From assembly GCF_006345805.1 (NCBI RefSeq), contig NW_021832230.1, positions 1 through 64,000 on the forward strand: 64,000 bases of DNA. The letters are read 5' to 3'. Origin of the DNA: Octopus sinensis. Its lineage: Eukaryota. Position numbers and translations under genes: made by a program. Positions 11,701-24,156 of this stretch are shown here, one piece after another; the first letter of the stretch is position 1, and every line of letters starts with the position of its first letter. The notes below the pieces were generated by a model. It did not search any database. It was not told where the DNA came from and worked only from the letters and a program-made list of their open reading frames with translations.

Positions 11701-14659
11701 ACTTGAGATTATGTAAAGATTGCGTCATATATTGCGTAATATATTATGTAATTTGGAGAGGTCCCTTGATGTGAAGATACGAGGGTACTTGAGATTATGT
11801 AATAGATTGCGTAATAAATTGCGTAATATATTATGCAATTTTGGGAGGTGCCAAGATGTGAAGAAACGAGGGTACTTGAGATTATGTAATAGATTGCGTA
11901 ATAAATTAGGTAATATATTATGTAATTTGGAGAGGTCCCATGATGTGAAGATCTGAGGGTACTTGAGATTATGTAATAGATTGCGTCATATATTGCGTAA
12001 TATATTATGCAATTTGTGGAAGTCTCTAGATTTATGTATATAAGGGTACTTGAGATTATGTAATAGATTGCGTAATATATTATGCAATTTGGGAGGTGCC
12101 AAATGTGAAAATACGGGTACTTGAGATTATGTAATAGATTGCGTAATAAATTGCGTAATATATTATGTAATTTGGAGTGGTCCCTTGATGTGAAGATACG
12201 AGGCTACTTGAGATTATGTAATAGATTGCGTAATATATTATGCAATTTTGGGATGTGCGAAGATGTGAAGATACGAGGGTATTTGAGATTATGTAATAGA
12301 TTGCGTAATAAATTGCGTAATATATTATGTAATTTGGAGAGGTCCCTTGATGTGAAGATACGAGGGTACATGAAATTATGTAATTGATTGCGTAATAAGT
12401 TGCGTAATATATTATGCAATTTTATGATGTGCCAAGATGTGAAGATACGAGGGTACTTGAGATTATGTAATAGATTGCGTAATAAATTCGTAATATATAA
12501 TGCTATTTGGGGAGTTCCCAAGATTTAGTGATACGAGGGTACTTGAGATTATGTAAAGATTGCGTCATATATTGCGTAATATATTATGCAATTTGTGGAA
12601 GTCTCTAGATTTATGTATATGAGGGTATTTGAGATTATGAAATAGATTGCGTAATAAATTGCGTAATATATTATGCAATTTTGGGAGGTGCCAAGATGTA
12701 AAGATACGAGGGTACTTGAGATTATGTAATAGATTGCGTAATAAATTGCGTAATATATTATGTAATTTGGAGAGGTCCCTTGATGTGAAGATACGAGGGT
12801 ACTTGAGATTATGTAATAGATTGCGTAATAAATTGCGTAATATATTATGCAATTTTGGGATGTGCCAAGATGTGAAGATACGAGGGTACATGAGATTATG
12901 TAATAGATTGCGTAATAAATTGCGTAATATATTATGCAATTTTGGGAGGTGCCAAGATGTGAAGATACGAGGGTACTTGAATTATGTAATAGATTGCGTA
13001 ATATATTATGCAATTTTGGGAGGTGCCAAGATGTGAAGATACGAGGGTACTTGAGATTATGTAATAGATTGCGTAATAAATTGCGTAATATATTATGCAA
13101 TTTGTGGAAGTCTCTAGATTTATGTATATGAGGGTACTTGAGATTATGTAATAGATTGCGTAATAAATTGCGTAATATATTATGCAATTTTGGGATGTGC
13201 CAAGATGTGAAGATACGAGGGTATTTGAGATTATGTAATAGATTGCGTAATAAATTGCGTAATATATTATGTAATTTGGAGAAGTCCCTTGATGTGAAGA
13301 TACGAGGGTACTTGAGATTATGTTATAGATTGCGTAATAAATTGCGTAATATATTATGCAATTTTGGGAGGTGCCAAGATGTGAAGATACGAGGGTACTT
13401 GAGATTATGTAATAGATTGCGTAATAAATTGCGTAATATATTATGTAATTTGGAGAGGTCCCTTGATGTGAAGATACGAGGGTACTTGAGATTATGTTAT
13501 AGATTGCGTAATAAATTGCGTAATATATTATGCAATTTTGGGAGGTGCCAAGATATGAGGAAACGAGGGTACTTGAGATTATGTAATAGATTGCGTAATA
13601 AATTGCGTAATATATTATGCAATTTTGGGAGGTGCCAAGATGTGAAGATACGAGGGTACTTGAGATTATGTAATAGATTGCGTCATATATTGCGTAATAT
13701 ATTATGCAATTTTGGGATGTGCCAAGATGTGAAGATACGAGGGTACTTGAGATTATGTAATAGATTGCGTAATAAATTGCGTAATATATTATGCAATTTT
13801 GGGAGGTGCCAAGATGTGAAGATACGAATGTACTTGAGATTATGTAATAGATTGCGTAATAAATTGCGTAATATATTATGCAATTTTGGGAGGTGCCAAG
13901 ATGTGAAGATATGAGGATACTTGAGATTATGTAATAGATTGCGTCATATATTGCGTAATATATTATGTAATTTGTGGAAGTCTCTAGATTTATGTATATG
14001 AGGGTACTTGAGATTATTAAATAAATTATGTAATAAATTGCGTAATATATAATGCTATTTGGGGAGTTCCCAAGATTTAGTGATACGAGGGTACTTGAGA
14101 TTATGTAAAGATTGCGTCATATATTGCGTAATATATTATGCAATTTGTGGAAGTCTCTAGATTTATGTATATGAGGGTAAATGAGATTATGTAATAGATT
14201 GCGTAATAAGTTGCGTAATATATTATGCAATTTTATGATGTGCCAAGATGTGAAGATACGAGGGTACTTGAGATTATGTAATAGATTGCGTAATAAATTC
14301 GTAATATATTATGCAATTTTGGGATGTGCCAAGATGTGAAGATACGAGGGTACTTGAGATTATGTAATAGATTGCGTCATATATTGCGTAATATATTATG
14401 TAATTGTGGAAGAAGCTCTAGAATTATGTATATGAGGGTACTTGAGATTATGTAATAAATTGCGTAATAAATTGCGTAATATATTATGCAATTTTGGGAG
14501 GTGCCAAGATGTGAAGATACGAGGGTACTTGAGATTATGTAATAGATTGCGTAATAAATTGCGTAATATATTATGCAATTTTGGGAGGTGCCAAGATATG
14601 AAGATATGAGAAAACTTGAGATTATGTAATAGATTGCGTAATAAATTAGGTAATATATA
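5724..14659. repeat. 87-nt satellite, block 2 (higher-order repeat array)
   Basis: Core starts recur at 6025, 6112, 6199 and 6286 (87-nt period). 75- and 99-nt monomers arise from loss or gain of a 12-nt subunit. Block 7943-8414 recurs at 12565-13036 with identical ORF translations. Confidence 0.97.
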
Positions 14660-15253
14660 TGTCGGAGCGCAGCGAGCGACCGAGCGCAGCGAGCGACCAC
14701 TCAATTCTAGATCCGATCAATCAAAAAATCTATAATTGACAAATACCCAGGCTTGTATTTGGGATTAAATATATTCGATAACAAAATTAAAATCGATGCC
14801 AAAGCAGAATGAGCTTTTAAAACCGATTTCATAAAAAAAAATAATATTTTAAAATTTATAATTGATATTTTAGAATAATGAGAAAAATTAATGCTTCAAA
14901 TTTATAAAATGTCAAAACAAGAATCTCTGAGGAGCAAGCCTGTCTGCACAGTTCATTTTGATTAGAAGACTTAATTTTAGAGATTAAAACGAAAAAAATA
15001 GCAATGAGATGTCAAATTATTACCCCCCTCACAACCTAAAACCAATTAGCGTTCAGTATTCATTGATTTTACTTTTTCTATTAAGGTCTACTTATAAATA
15101 TTTTATGGATTCAATGGAAAACTGTATTAAGTTATTCACTTTAATTTAAATCATGTTAAAATGTTAAATAGTTAATAAATTATATTTTTGATGATAGGCT
15201 TGTTAGATGTCAAAGGTCGCGTCTAGCGCTCGGTCGCGCGCTGCGTCGCGACA
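14660..15253. mobile_element. MITE with ~39-bp imperfect TIRs (TGT...ACA termini) inserted in the satellite
   Basis: Left TGTCGGAGCGCAGCGAGCGACCGAGCGCAGCGAGCGACC versus reverse complement of right TGTCGCGACGCAGCGCGCGACCGAGCGCTAGACGCGACC. AT-rich non-coding interior. Flanks have a net +4 nt relative to the empty monomer. Confidence 0.8.
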
Positions 15254-15967
15254 TATTATGTAATTGTAGAGGTACCTTGATGTGAAGATACGAGGATACT
15301 TGAGATTATGTAATAGATTGCATAATAAATTAGGTATATATTATGCAATTTGGGAGGTGCTAAGATGTGAAGATACGAGGGTACTTGAGATTATGTAATA
15401 GATTGCGTAATAAATTGCGTAATATATTATGCAATTTTGGAAGGTGCCAAGATGTGAGATATGAGGATACTGAGATTATGTAATAGATTGCTTCATATAT
15501 TGCGTATATATTATGTAATTTGTGGAAGTCTCTAGATTTAAGTATATGAGGGTACTTGAGATTATTAAATAAATTATGTAATAAATTGCGTAAATATAAT
15601 GCTATTTGGGAGTTCCAAGATTAGTGATACGAGGGTACTTGAGATTATGTAAATTATGTAAAGATTGCGTCATATATTGCGTAATATATTATGCAATTTG
15701 TGGAAGTCTCTAGATTTATGTATATGAGGGTACTTGAGATTATGTAATAGATTGCGTAATAAATTGCGTAATTTGGAGTGGTCCCTTGATGTGAAGATAC
15801 GAGGGTACTTGAGATTATGTAATAGATTGCGTAATAAATTCGGTAATATATTATGCAATTTGGGGAAGTCCCTAGACCTGAAGATAGGAGGATATTTGAG
15901 ATTATGTAATAAATTGCGTAATATTTTATTGAATTTGGGGAGGTTCCTAGATGTGAAGATTATGGAT
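15254..15967. repeat. 87-nt satellite, block 3 (diverged edge monomers)
   Basis: Same core. The last two monomers (15840-15967) are the most diverged. Confidence 0.93.
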
Positions 15968-18620
15968 ACTTCACAGCTCTCCTGCTAAACGTCAACGGTA
16001 TAGGGAAGATCAGAGAACTCCGAAATCTCTTAACTAACCTGAGAATTAACGTGGCCATGCTTCAAGAAACCAAACTGTCGCCGAATGACCACACCCCTTC
16101 ATTCCCGGGATACAAGGCTATCAGGCTGGTCCGGAAAGGGAAAGGAGGGGGTGGCCTTCTCACTCTAATCAGAAACAACGTGAATTTTCTGACATTTCCG
16201 CTGAAGTGAGGAACATCATCGCGGCTGACGAGGTTTCCGAGTTAATCGGGATCTCGCTTGGCACATCGAAGGGTCGTTTATTGCTCGTCAATATGTACAT
16301 CCCACCTCCCGAGGCTCTTGTCCAAGGAGCTAGTGCCTCCCTACTCTCTCCAATCTTGCACGAATAGACGGGGTCATCTTATGCGGTGACCTCAATGCAA
16401 AACACCCCCTTTGGCTTTCTAATCAGTTGGCGGATACGAGAGGGAAATCTTTACTTTCCCAATTGGATTCCTTAACTATCCTGAACGACCCATCGAGAAA
16501 CACAAGAACCCCATTCAGAGGGACCGACAAATCTACGTCACTCGATGTAACTTTATGCTCTCCTTCTCTGGCATCATCTACGGAGTGGTCAGTCTTCTAT
16601 GAAACGAGAAGCGATCACAACCCGATAACGGTGAAGATCAAAAGAGAAGTTGTCACCAGTTAAGTTCCAATTCCTTACAATTACAAAGCGGCCAACTGGC
16701 CACGGTTCCAAGAGATATTGAACACGAGACTAAAAAATTGCAATCTGTGCAACTTTAGCTCTCTCGACAAGGCCATTGGCTTCTTCTCGAAGATCATTCT
16801 GGAAGCAAGAGCAATGACTATTCCTAAACGTCCACCTCACGCTGCTTGTAGTCGAAGGATATCCGGTCTGGCCAAGGAGAGAAATCGCCTCAAAAAGTCA
16901 AACCGGATGTCTTCTGACATAATTACCCGCATCCGACACTTAAACAAGGAATTAAGTCCAATGAACTCAGGCACACCTATTTGAAATGGAATCGCATTCT
17001 TTCTACCGTGAACCGCAATCGTTCAACGGGTGAAGTGTGGAAAGCCATTCGGCACATGGCCAGGGGGGACGCTCCCGAACCTTTCGAAGATTTTGATAAA
17101 AAAGACGTGAACAACCTCATAAATTTCTATGCGAAAAATGCACATAAAGAGCACAGGAAATCCGACTCACTCCCCTCCAACAGGAGCCTAAAAAAACGGA
17201 CTGAACCGCTCCTCCTCTCGGTAAAGGAGGTGGAAGATACCTTGCACTCAACAAAACCTTCTTACTCTCACTGCCCGGATAAAATACCGGTGATCCTATT
17301 AAAAAACCTTGGCGTCGAAGGTGTCAGATTCCTAACAGCCATCTTCAACCATTCTATCAACAACAACGCAATTCCGGCATTATGGAAACAGGCCTTAATA
17401 AGGCCGATACTGAAGCCTGGAAGACCAAGAGGGGACCCGGCATCTTTCAGGCCGATTTCCCTGTTATGTTCGATGTCAAAAATCCTGGAAAGACTGGTTC
17501 TTGGCAGAATAGAAGCTTTCTTACCCGAAAGACATTTTCAACATGGGTTTAAGAAGGCGAAGTCCACGTCTTCGTACCTCCAATCCTTATCAAACTTCAT
17601 CTGTACCGGTTTTGCCAGCAAACCGAGGCACCAAAAGACCGTACGCTGCTCCGTCGACACCATAAAGCCTTCGATTCCGTCTCGAGGAAGCTCCTCTCAA
17701 GGAAGATATTCCAATCCGACTTTCCTCTGAAGCTAAAAATATGGATTACCAACTTCCTAAGTGGACGAAGGGGAAGGGTGGCCTCGGTGGTCTGAGGTCC
17801 AAATCTCGTCTTCTACCCAACGGAGTACCTCAGGGATCCCCCTTATCCCCGGCCCTCTTCAACCTATTTTTGGAAGACCTCCCTCGCTCCCTCGACAACA
17901 ATGACATTGTTCTCTCATACGCGGACGACATCGTACTAGCCTCACGGGACCGGGACATCCAGAAGGCCTCTGAAAGGCTCCAAGCTAACTTGGATCGGCT
18001 GAACCTATGGCTGACGGACAACCGGCTCTTGGTAAACGCGGCGAAGTCCGCCACGTCCCTCTTCACCTCGGATAAAAGATTGGGAAGGACGTCAGTCGAC
18101 TTAAAGCTGAATAATATATCCGTTCCCTTCTGCAGGAGTCAGACGGTCCTAGGGGTAACCCTCGACATGTACCTCTGTTTCTCCCCTCATGTGGACAACC
18201 TCCTTCGCAAATGCGAACAAAAATTGAACATACTACGAACTCTATCCGGAATATGGAGAAACGGGTCGCACCCGGTACTGGCGAATATCTACCGCCAGTA
18301 CTTCGAACCTTGTATTGCCTACGCTTGCGGATCTTGGGGTCCGCGGCTATCGTGGTCCAACAGGAGGCGAATCGAGGAGGCCCAACAAAGGGCCCTCAGA
18401 TTAACCGATCGGTCCAGCCTCTCTGGAAGACCTCATCAAGCTAAACCTGGGCCCGTCAGCGAATACTCCGTCAAAAACGGCCTGCCGCCCTGTGCGATCT
18501 TGTGTCGGCTCGTGGAAAGATAACCGAGCGAGGATGAGGTCCCTGGTTGAGTGCATCGGGATCACGTGACGTTTTGTTCGGTTTTAGCGTGGTCTTGGTG
18601 ATTTAATAAAATAAAATAAA
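15968..18620 (+). mobile_element. APE-RT non-LTR retrotransposon (ingi/Vingi-like, 'family A'), with stops and frameshifts
   Basis: APE motifs LLNVNG, MLQETK, GGGLLT, GDLNAK and SDHNP. RT motifs FRPISLLC, QHGFKK, GVPQGSPLSP and YADD. Short 3' UTR after GATCACGTGA and a (TAAAA)n tail. Confidence 0.9.
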
Positions 18621-19276
18621 ACCGAGTTTCCATTCATTAGTATTACCACTCGATATTTTATTGTAAAATAGAGAAAAATTTGAAGATATCAATTAATGAC
18701 GAGGAAAATAATTTCTTTGAAAATTACGATTCTTTTGTACTCTAAAACCAAATAATTCTATTTCCGATATTCAAAGTTTTATTTCCACACCAACCGATAC
18801 ATGTAAGAACAAGTGGCTGATTTATAACGGTTTATTTTATTATTATTTGTATAGCTTTTACATTTTGTGAAAACATTGTTTTTATTTATAGTACAATTTC
18901 GTAATTTTGCGAAACTCAGTGCTAGCAGACTGAATATATGATGCTTCTTTTACGTAATTTGCAGTTCTATTAATTATTTTTTAAGCCGCAAGTATCTTTG
19001 GATTGATTCTAAAGGAAAGTTAAAAAAAATATTCCGCTTCAAAATATATAAACATGTCAATAGATCAAATTCAGAGTTCACATGAAACAATTAGATCCCA
19101 TAATGGTCTGCTAATTTATTTTATTTTTGATGCTGGTGGGAATTTATTTGAAATAAACATTTGTACTTATTTCAATTTCTTTTTCGATTTTTTCACATAT
19201 TCTTTATATTCATTATGATCAATTGGTTGAGTTTAATATCAAAGGTCAATGCAACTTACTTTTGTCAATTTTTTAT

Positions 19277-22200
19277 ATAGAATAGAATAGTGTTTATTGA
19301 GCGAAAAGAAAAACAAGGAAGAAATCATCGGCGGGGAGATAAAAACAAGGCACCGAAGTGTCTCTTTCCATGCGTATCCCCAATACTAGTCATGTATGAC
19401 GACAATTCTCCAAGACCATCCGGATCGTGGGCACAGAGGATTCTTGTGAGTCTTTTAACCTTCCGTCAAGTTGTACTCCGTAAGCCAATTTCATAGCGAA
19501 ACGTCTTGTCTTTTCCAACTGTTCGATCAGGTAGTCACTCTCCTCCGTACCGTACCAGCCCTCATAGCCATATGTGAGGACTGGCTGCACACACGTTTTG
19601 TATACGTAGATGTACGTTTCCGGATCCAGATGGAACCTGGTTAAGCTTTTGAGGATCCTCACACTCCTCTTTCTCTGATTTGCTATATGCTCTACGTACG
19701 AGCCACGACAGTTGATGGTTGCTCCCAGGTAAGAAAGATTTTTTCTTTTCGAGAGATCCATCACATAGCTACTCATCGCATATGCACACGACTCCGCATA
19801 GCGACTCCCTCTCCGCAACCATGAAATGGTGCTCTTCTCCGGTGCTAGGGTCAAACTCTTCTCTATAGTCCACATCTTTAGCGTTGCAATGTATGATTTC
19901 AGTCGTCTCCAAGACTGCGATATCCTTTTCGAGGTATCCATGACCAGGATATCGTCAGCATAGATAACGAGCTTGCCAGTACGTGTCAACGGAAGAGGAA
20001 TGTCCGCCAAGAAGAGGTTGAACAGAAGTGGACTCAAGATAGATCCCTGCTGGACTCCCCTTCTAAGTTCCACACACCCCGATAAGCGGTTTCCACAGCG
20101 GACAAATGATTGTCTTCCTGACAAGAAGCTCTCCAGCCATCGATAGGTCTTTATCCCGGCTCCGATGTCATGGATTCTGGAGAGTAGGCCCAGGTGCCAC
20201 ACGCTATCGAAGGCTTTGGCCAGATCCAGACACACCACAGTTAGCCATGCTTCATTTCTGTCAGCACGGGATAATTGGTGCTCTAACTCCCTGAGGCAGT
20301 CCCCTGTGGATCTTCCTCCACGAAATCCCCATTGTTCGGGTAGAAGCAAATTTTGTGATTCTATATGACCAGAGAGTCTGTTAAAGACAATCTTTTCCAT
20401 TGTCTTAGAGAAAGCACAAATGAGGCTAATTGGCCGGTAGTTCTGTGCCAGCAGCAGTGTCGATTTACCAGATTTTGGAATCATTCGAACAATCGTATGC
20501 TTCCACGCCGATGGAAGGTGTCCGAACGTCCAGCTGGCGTGAAACAACATAGTCAATGCTCGTATCAAGATTTCAGGGGCCTTCTTTAACAACTTCGGAG
20601 GGATGTAGTCGAAGCCAGGCGCCTTGTTCTTCAACCCAGCAATTGCCCTTTCAACCTCTTCCTGTGTTATCGCCCCACATAATGGTCCCTCCGATAATTG
20701 CGAAGAGCCAAGCTTCTTCACAATTCGGTCATAAGTCCCTCGTGGAACGGTAGATTCGACCTCTTGAACCTGACTGAGTTGGTTCCTGAGTACTTCCGGG
20801 ATACGATCAGAGGAGATATATTTCCCGTCTGGTTCTTTTAGTGAAATTTCAAATCCTTTGGCATCATTTCTGGTAAGGCGTTGATATGCTTTCCAGAAAT
20901 TAGGGTTTCGCTTATCCAGTTTTCTGCATTCAGACCTCCATTTACTTTCGACCTCAGTCTTGGCCATTTTTGCAATAGTAGATTTTATCTTGTCGATCTC
21001 CAATTTCAGGCGGCATTTGATTGACTCAACCCGACATCTTCTCCTGCGATTTTCCAGGGTACCTTCGTTCTGATCAGAGTGACAAGTTTCGAATTCATCC
21101 GCTTTTGCGTTCCTTTGGGTTTCCATACATTTTTTAATGCATAAACATCCAGGAATTTTATGATTGACGATCTAAGGTGATCATCGAGATTGTCAATATC
21201 ATCTCTGCTTCTCAGAGGCTGGGACACGACATTTCGAAGCGAATCCCGCATATATGATTCGAATAAACTCCAGTTCATGTTCACGAGGTTGTAACCAATG
21301 AACAAGTCCTCCGTAACATTCATAGTCATCTTTATCAACATCGTTTGCGGCACGTGGTCAGAGCCAATGTCCGCTTCCAACCTCGGTATGTAACATAAAG
21401 GACTAATTGATGCCGAGCATAGAAAGAGACCCAAGCGATCAGCCCTGACTCTGTCTGCATAATGATTCAGTTCTTCCGATGTAAAGACCGAAAAACCCAA
21501 GCTACTGGCCAAGTCCTCAAGGACAGTTCCATTCATATTCGTAGTTTCACATCCATAACTCACATTTTTGGCATTAAGATCTCCTGCTAGTATTGACAGG
21601 CAATTTTCTTCAAAGAACGTCCCAATAACGTTTGAATAGCGCCTCAGCGACTTTGAGTACATTCCCATGACGGTTAGCCAGCCAGCAGTCGTGTGCAGCT
21701 CGAGCACAATAAGTTCACAGAGTGACTCCTCCACAATTCTGATGTTTCTTACCTTAAGGTTCGCCCTGTAGTAGACTGAGGTTCCTGTCCCCGCCACTGA
21801 GTATATTTTCCATGGTATATTAATAGACTTATAGCCTTCGAATTCCACCCTCGTAGCTTCCTTCAGCTTAGTCTCATTGATAATCAATATGTGAGACTTC
21901 GCTGTGGCCAGCAGGAGCCTCAGCTCCGATGCCCGTCTCGCAAGCGAGCGGGCATTTAGAATTGTCAGAGCAAGGAATCCTTCCGACATGGGTGGCTGAC
22001 CTCCCGTGGGAGCGCCACCTTTTTCGGTAAAGGGGGTCTGCCTGCTTTCCGTTTGCACCGGTTTCAGCCGGCTCTGGAGGCGTCCCATCGTCCTCCAGCC
22101 GGGCTTCGGGCTTGGCAGCTGAACTCCAGATTTTGCTACTGCAGTTTTCTTCACTGCTCTCGCCTTCGGGGCAGCGGGTTTTGTTTCTGGGCATGGGTCC

Positions 22201-22648
22201 GTTTGAATTCCCGTGTTAATGAAGCAGGTCTGACTTCCGGATTCGATCAAGTTCTTGACGATAACGTCAGTTTGAACACCAATATCGCATTTTGGATTAA
22301 GTAACTTCTTCGACCAAGACATTTGTATGCCAGACATTTGTATTGCATTTACACGATTTCTCTTAGTGGGAGTCACTTCCAGTTTCTTCTTTGTCGATTG
22401 TTTCGCCACCGGACAGCCCAACCAGTTCGCCCGATGTCCATGTGATCCGCAGTTGATGCACGGGAGTTTGACGTGTGTTCCGATCGTACATTGGGTGCGA
22501 TCGTGTGCATCACCACACAACAAACAGCGCACTGTCTCCTTACAGTATAACGAGATGTGTCCAAATTTGTAACATCGATAGCATTGCCTCTCGGGATTTT
22601 TGTACCAGGTAAAACGGATTTGGTTGAAGCCAATTTTAAGACCTAGGG
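19277..22648 (-). mobile_element. Near full-length non-LTR retrotransposon 'family B' (Gag-like zinc knuckles + APE + RT; Jockey/I-group-like)
   Basis: Three knuckles (CYRCYKFGHISLYC, CLLCGDAHDRTQC, CINCGSHGHRANWLGC). APE motifs LNARS, INETK, GDLNAK and SDH. RT ORF 19390-21126 (LDLAKAFDSV, GVQQGSILSP, YADD). 3' tail (ATTCT)n. One frameshift near 21065. Confidence 0.92.
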
Positions 22649-23795
22649 ATCAATTTTTTACTTTTTATTCAAAATTTTAATTTTCTTGAATTTGATGAAT
22701 TTTGCATTCTCAATACAAGTTTTTCGAAAATTTTTAATTTTCATTCGAAATCAAATTCATATTTGTGCAATTTTTTTAATAATAATATTGGGAAAAATCA
22801 ATGTCACCGTCCAGATAGGTCGGGGCGCCAGATCGGTTATGTATAAAATTTTTAATAAAAACTACCTTTCGGAAGTTATTTTCTTTTTCTGTTCATTCTT
22901 TTGTTGATTTTAATATTATTTTTGCCAAAATATTGAAGTTACTGAGTTCATAAAAAACCAACATCCAGTGATTTCCAGATAATTACCGTATTGATTTTGC
23001 ATTTATTTAAAAACGCTTTAACCAAGGTTAGCCAAACAATTCTCAACAATAAAGTTTATTAGAAAAATCCATTTTTAATTTTAAAAATGTTGTAAATTTC
23101 TATTTTTATCATTAAAACTCTAAAATACAATCCGGCCTAAGGCCGGATGATTCAATGTGAATATTTTTCCCTATGCGGCCTTCGGCCGCGTCTAATTTGT
23201 AACAATGGCACAATTATTTCACAATTAAGTAAATATGACACGAGAAAAACCACAGAACGAACCCCATGAATATTTGCAGTTAAAGTTTTTTTACTCTGCT
23301 AATATGTATCCTTTGATCTTTTTCATCCTCTTCATTAATTATCGTTACGAGTTCTCGATCCCTATTTTTCACAATATATTTTTGTGCAGATATTTCGTCG
23401 TATAATGGGTATTTTCTATAACCCGGGTTTGCATCCCTATCATGCCGTATTAATACTATCCAGCAAATATTGTCGCGGGACACCGCTGCCAGCTGGACAT
23501 ATCAAGGGACGATCAAATCAAAACCAATATAGCCGTTCCGTGAGATCGCAACTTCATCGCCACTTTTCACTTCATCATACAGTTTACCCTCTATTGCTCG
23601 CCATTTCTATAACTCGCCACTTTTTTGGAAAAAATGCCATTTTTACTAAGGAAATTCCATTGCTCGCCAAATTCTCTTACTCGCCACGTTTTAGTATTAA
23701 AAAATTAAAATTTATTATTAAAAAAAATAATTTTTTCAAATATTTATACCGCGTGTTTTTTTTGTAACATGAGGAAGTGCTCAAGATTATCTTAT

Positions 23796-24156
23796 AGAAT
23801 AGAATAGAATAGTGTTTATTGAGCGAAAAGAAAAAGAAAAACAAGGAAGAAAAACATCGGCGGGGAGATAAAAACAAGGCACCGAAGTGTCTCTTTCCAT
23901 GCGTATCCCCAATACTAGTCATGTTTGACGACAATTCTCCAAGACCATCCGGATCGTGGGCACAGAGGATTCTTGTGAGTCTTTTAGCCTTCCGTCAAGT
24001 TGTACTCCGTAAGCCAATTTCATAGCGAAACGTCTTGTCTTTTCCAACTGTTCGATCAGGTAGTCACTCTCCTCCGTACCGTACCAGCCCTCGTAGCCAT
24101 ATGTGAGGACTGGCTGCACACACGTTTTGTATACGTAGATGTACGTTTCCGGATCC
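23796..24156 (-). mobile_element. Family B LINE, 5'-truncated copy inserted at codon ~9 of the pogo transposase
   Basis: Near-identical to 19277-19630. 12-bp TSD AGATTATCTTAT at 23784-23795 and 24157-24168. Removing it restores MRKCSRLSYDQKRE. Confidence 0.93.

Noticed and set aside
13138-13914. Long plus-strand and alternative minus-strand ORFs in the satellite (RLCNRLRNK.., HNILRNLL..) as genes
   Set aside because: They are a by-product of a 3n stop-free monomer. Head differences are mostly non-synonymous in these frames and there is no non-repetitive N- or C-terminus.
919-15967. CRISPR-like array (constant repeat plus variable 'spacers') next to a reverse transcriptase
   Set aside because: The variable heads are homologous to each other and recur many times. 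The context is eukaryotic, with no cas genes or leader. The adjacent RT is an APE-type LINE.
919-15967. Spliced-leader/snRNA gene array (AATTTTGG and AATTTGTGG Sm-like motifs, GG|GTACTT donor-like site, short stems)
   Set aside because: The 87-nt units leave no room for promoters or spacers. The stems overlap the Sm-like site. The donor context is non-canonical, and such motifs are common in AT-rich DNA. Finding the head sequence at mRNA 5' ends would reopen this.
20106-20753. Antisense ORFs over RT genes (also 17830-18066, 46231-46881, 55797-56252, 57536-58126)
   Set aside because: These are shadow ORFs on the opposite strand of GC-richer TE coding sequence, with no recognisable motifs.
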